Assembly (NCBI RefSeq): GCF_001194135.2
Contig: NC_068993.1
Coordinates: 34,744,777-34,808,776, forward strand
Direction: 5' to 3'
Length of the DNA: 64,000 nucleotides
From: Octopus bimaculoides
Lineage: Eukaryota
This document shows, piece by piece, positions 63,986-64,000 of this stretch. A program made the translations under genes and the position numbers. Within the stretch, counting starts at the first letter, position 1, and the number at the start of each line of letters is the position of its first letter. The notes beneath the pieces are model-generated. The model did no database searches, was not told the DNA's origin, and worked only from the letters and a program-made list of their open reading frames with translations.

Positions 63986-64000
63986 TATATATATATATAT

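Overview
AT-rich, microsatellite-dense eukaryotic genomic DNA from a gapped draft assembly (roughly 6 kb of N). The SINE families resemble those I recall from Octopus, so a cephalopod source is an inference. There is one convincing host gene: a 300-aa single-coding-exon, single-pass membrane protein (43153-44055) whose TM/juxtamembrane segment resembles KCNE/MinK potassium-channel subunits. The rest is mostly transposon debris: RTE and R4/Dong LINEs, two mariners, three Penelope-like (GIY-YIG) fragments, tRNA-derived SINEs, MITEs and a TAA-embedded 540-bp repeat. The main unannotated signal is about 10 type I hammerhead-ribozyme motifs at 7 sequence-unrelated loci. Nearly all have a palindromic, dimerisation-type stem III. 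They lie in fold-back inverted repeats, in a ~300-nt direct-repeat unit, or just 3' of Penelope ORFs. All folds and alignments were done by eye and need computational confirmation.
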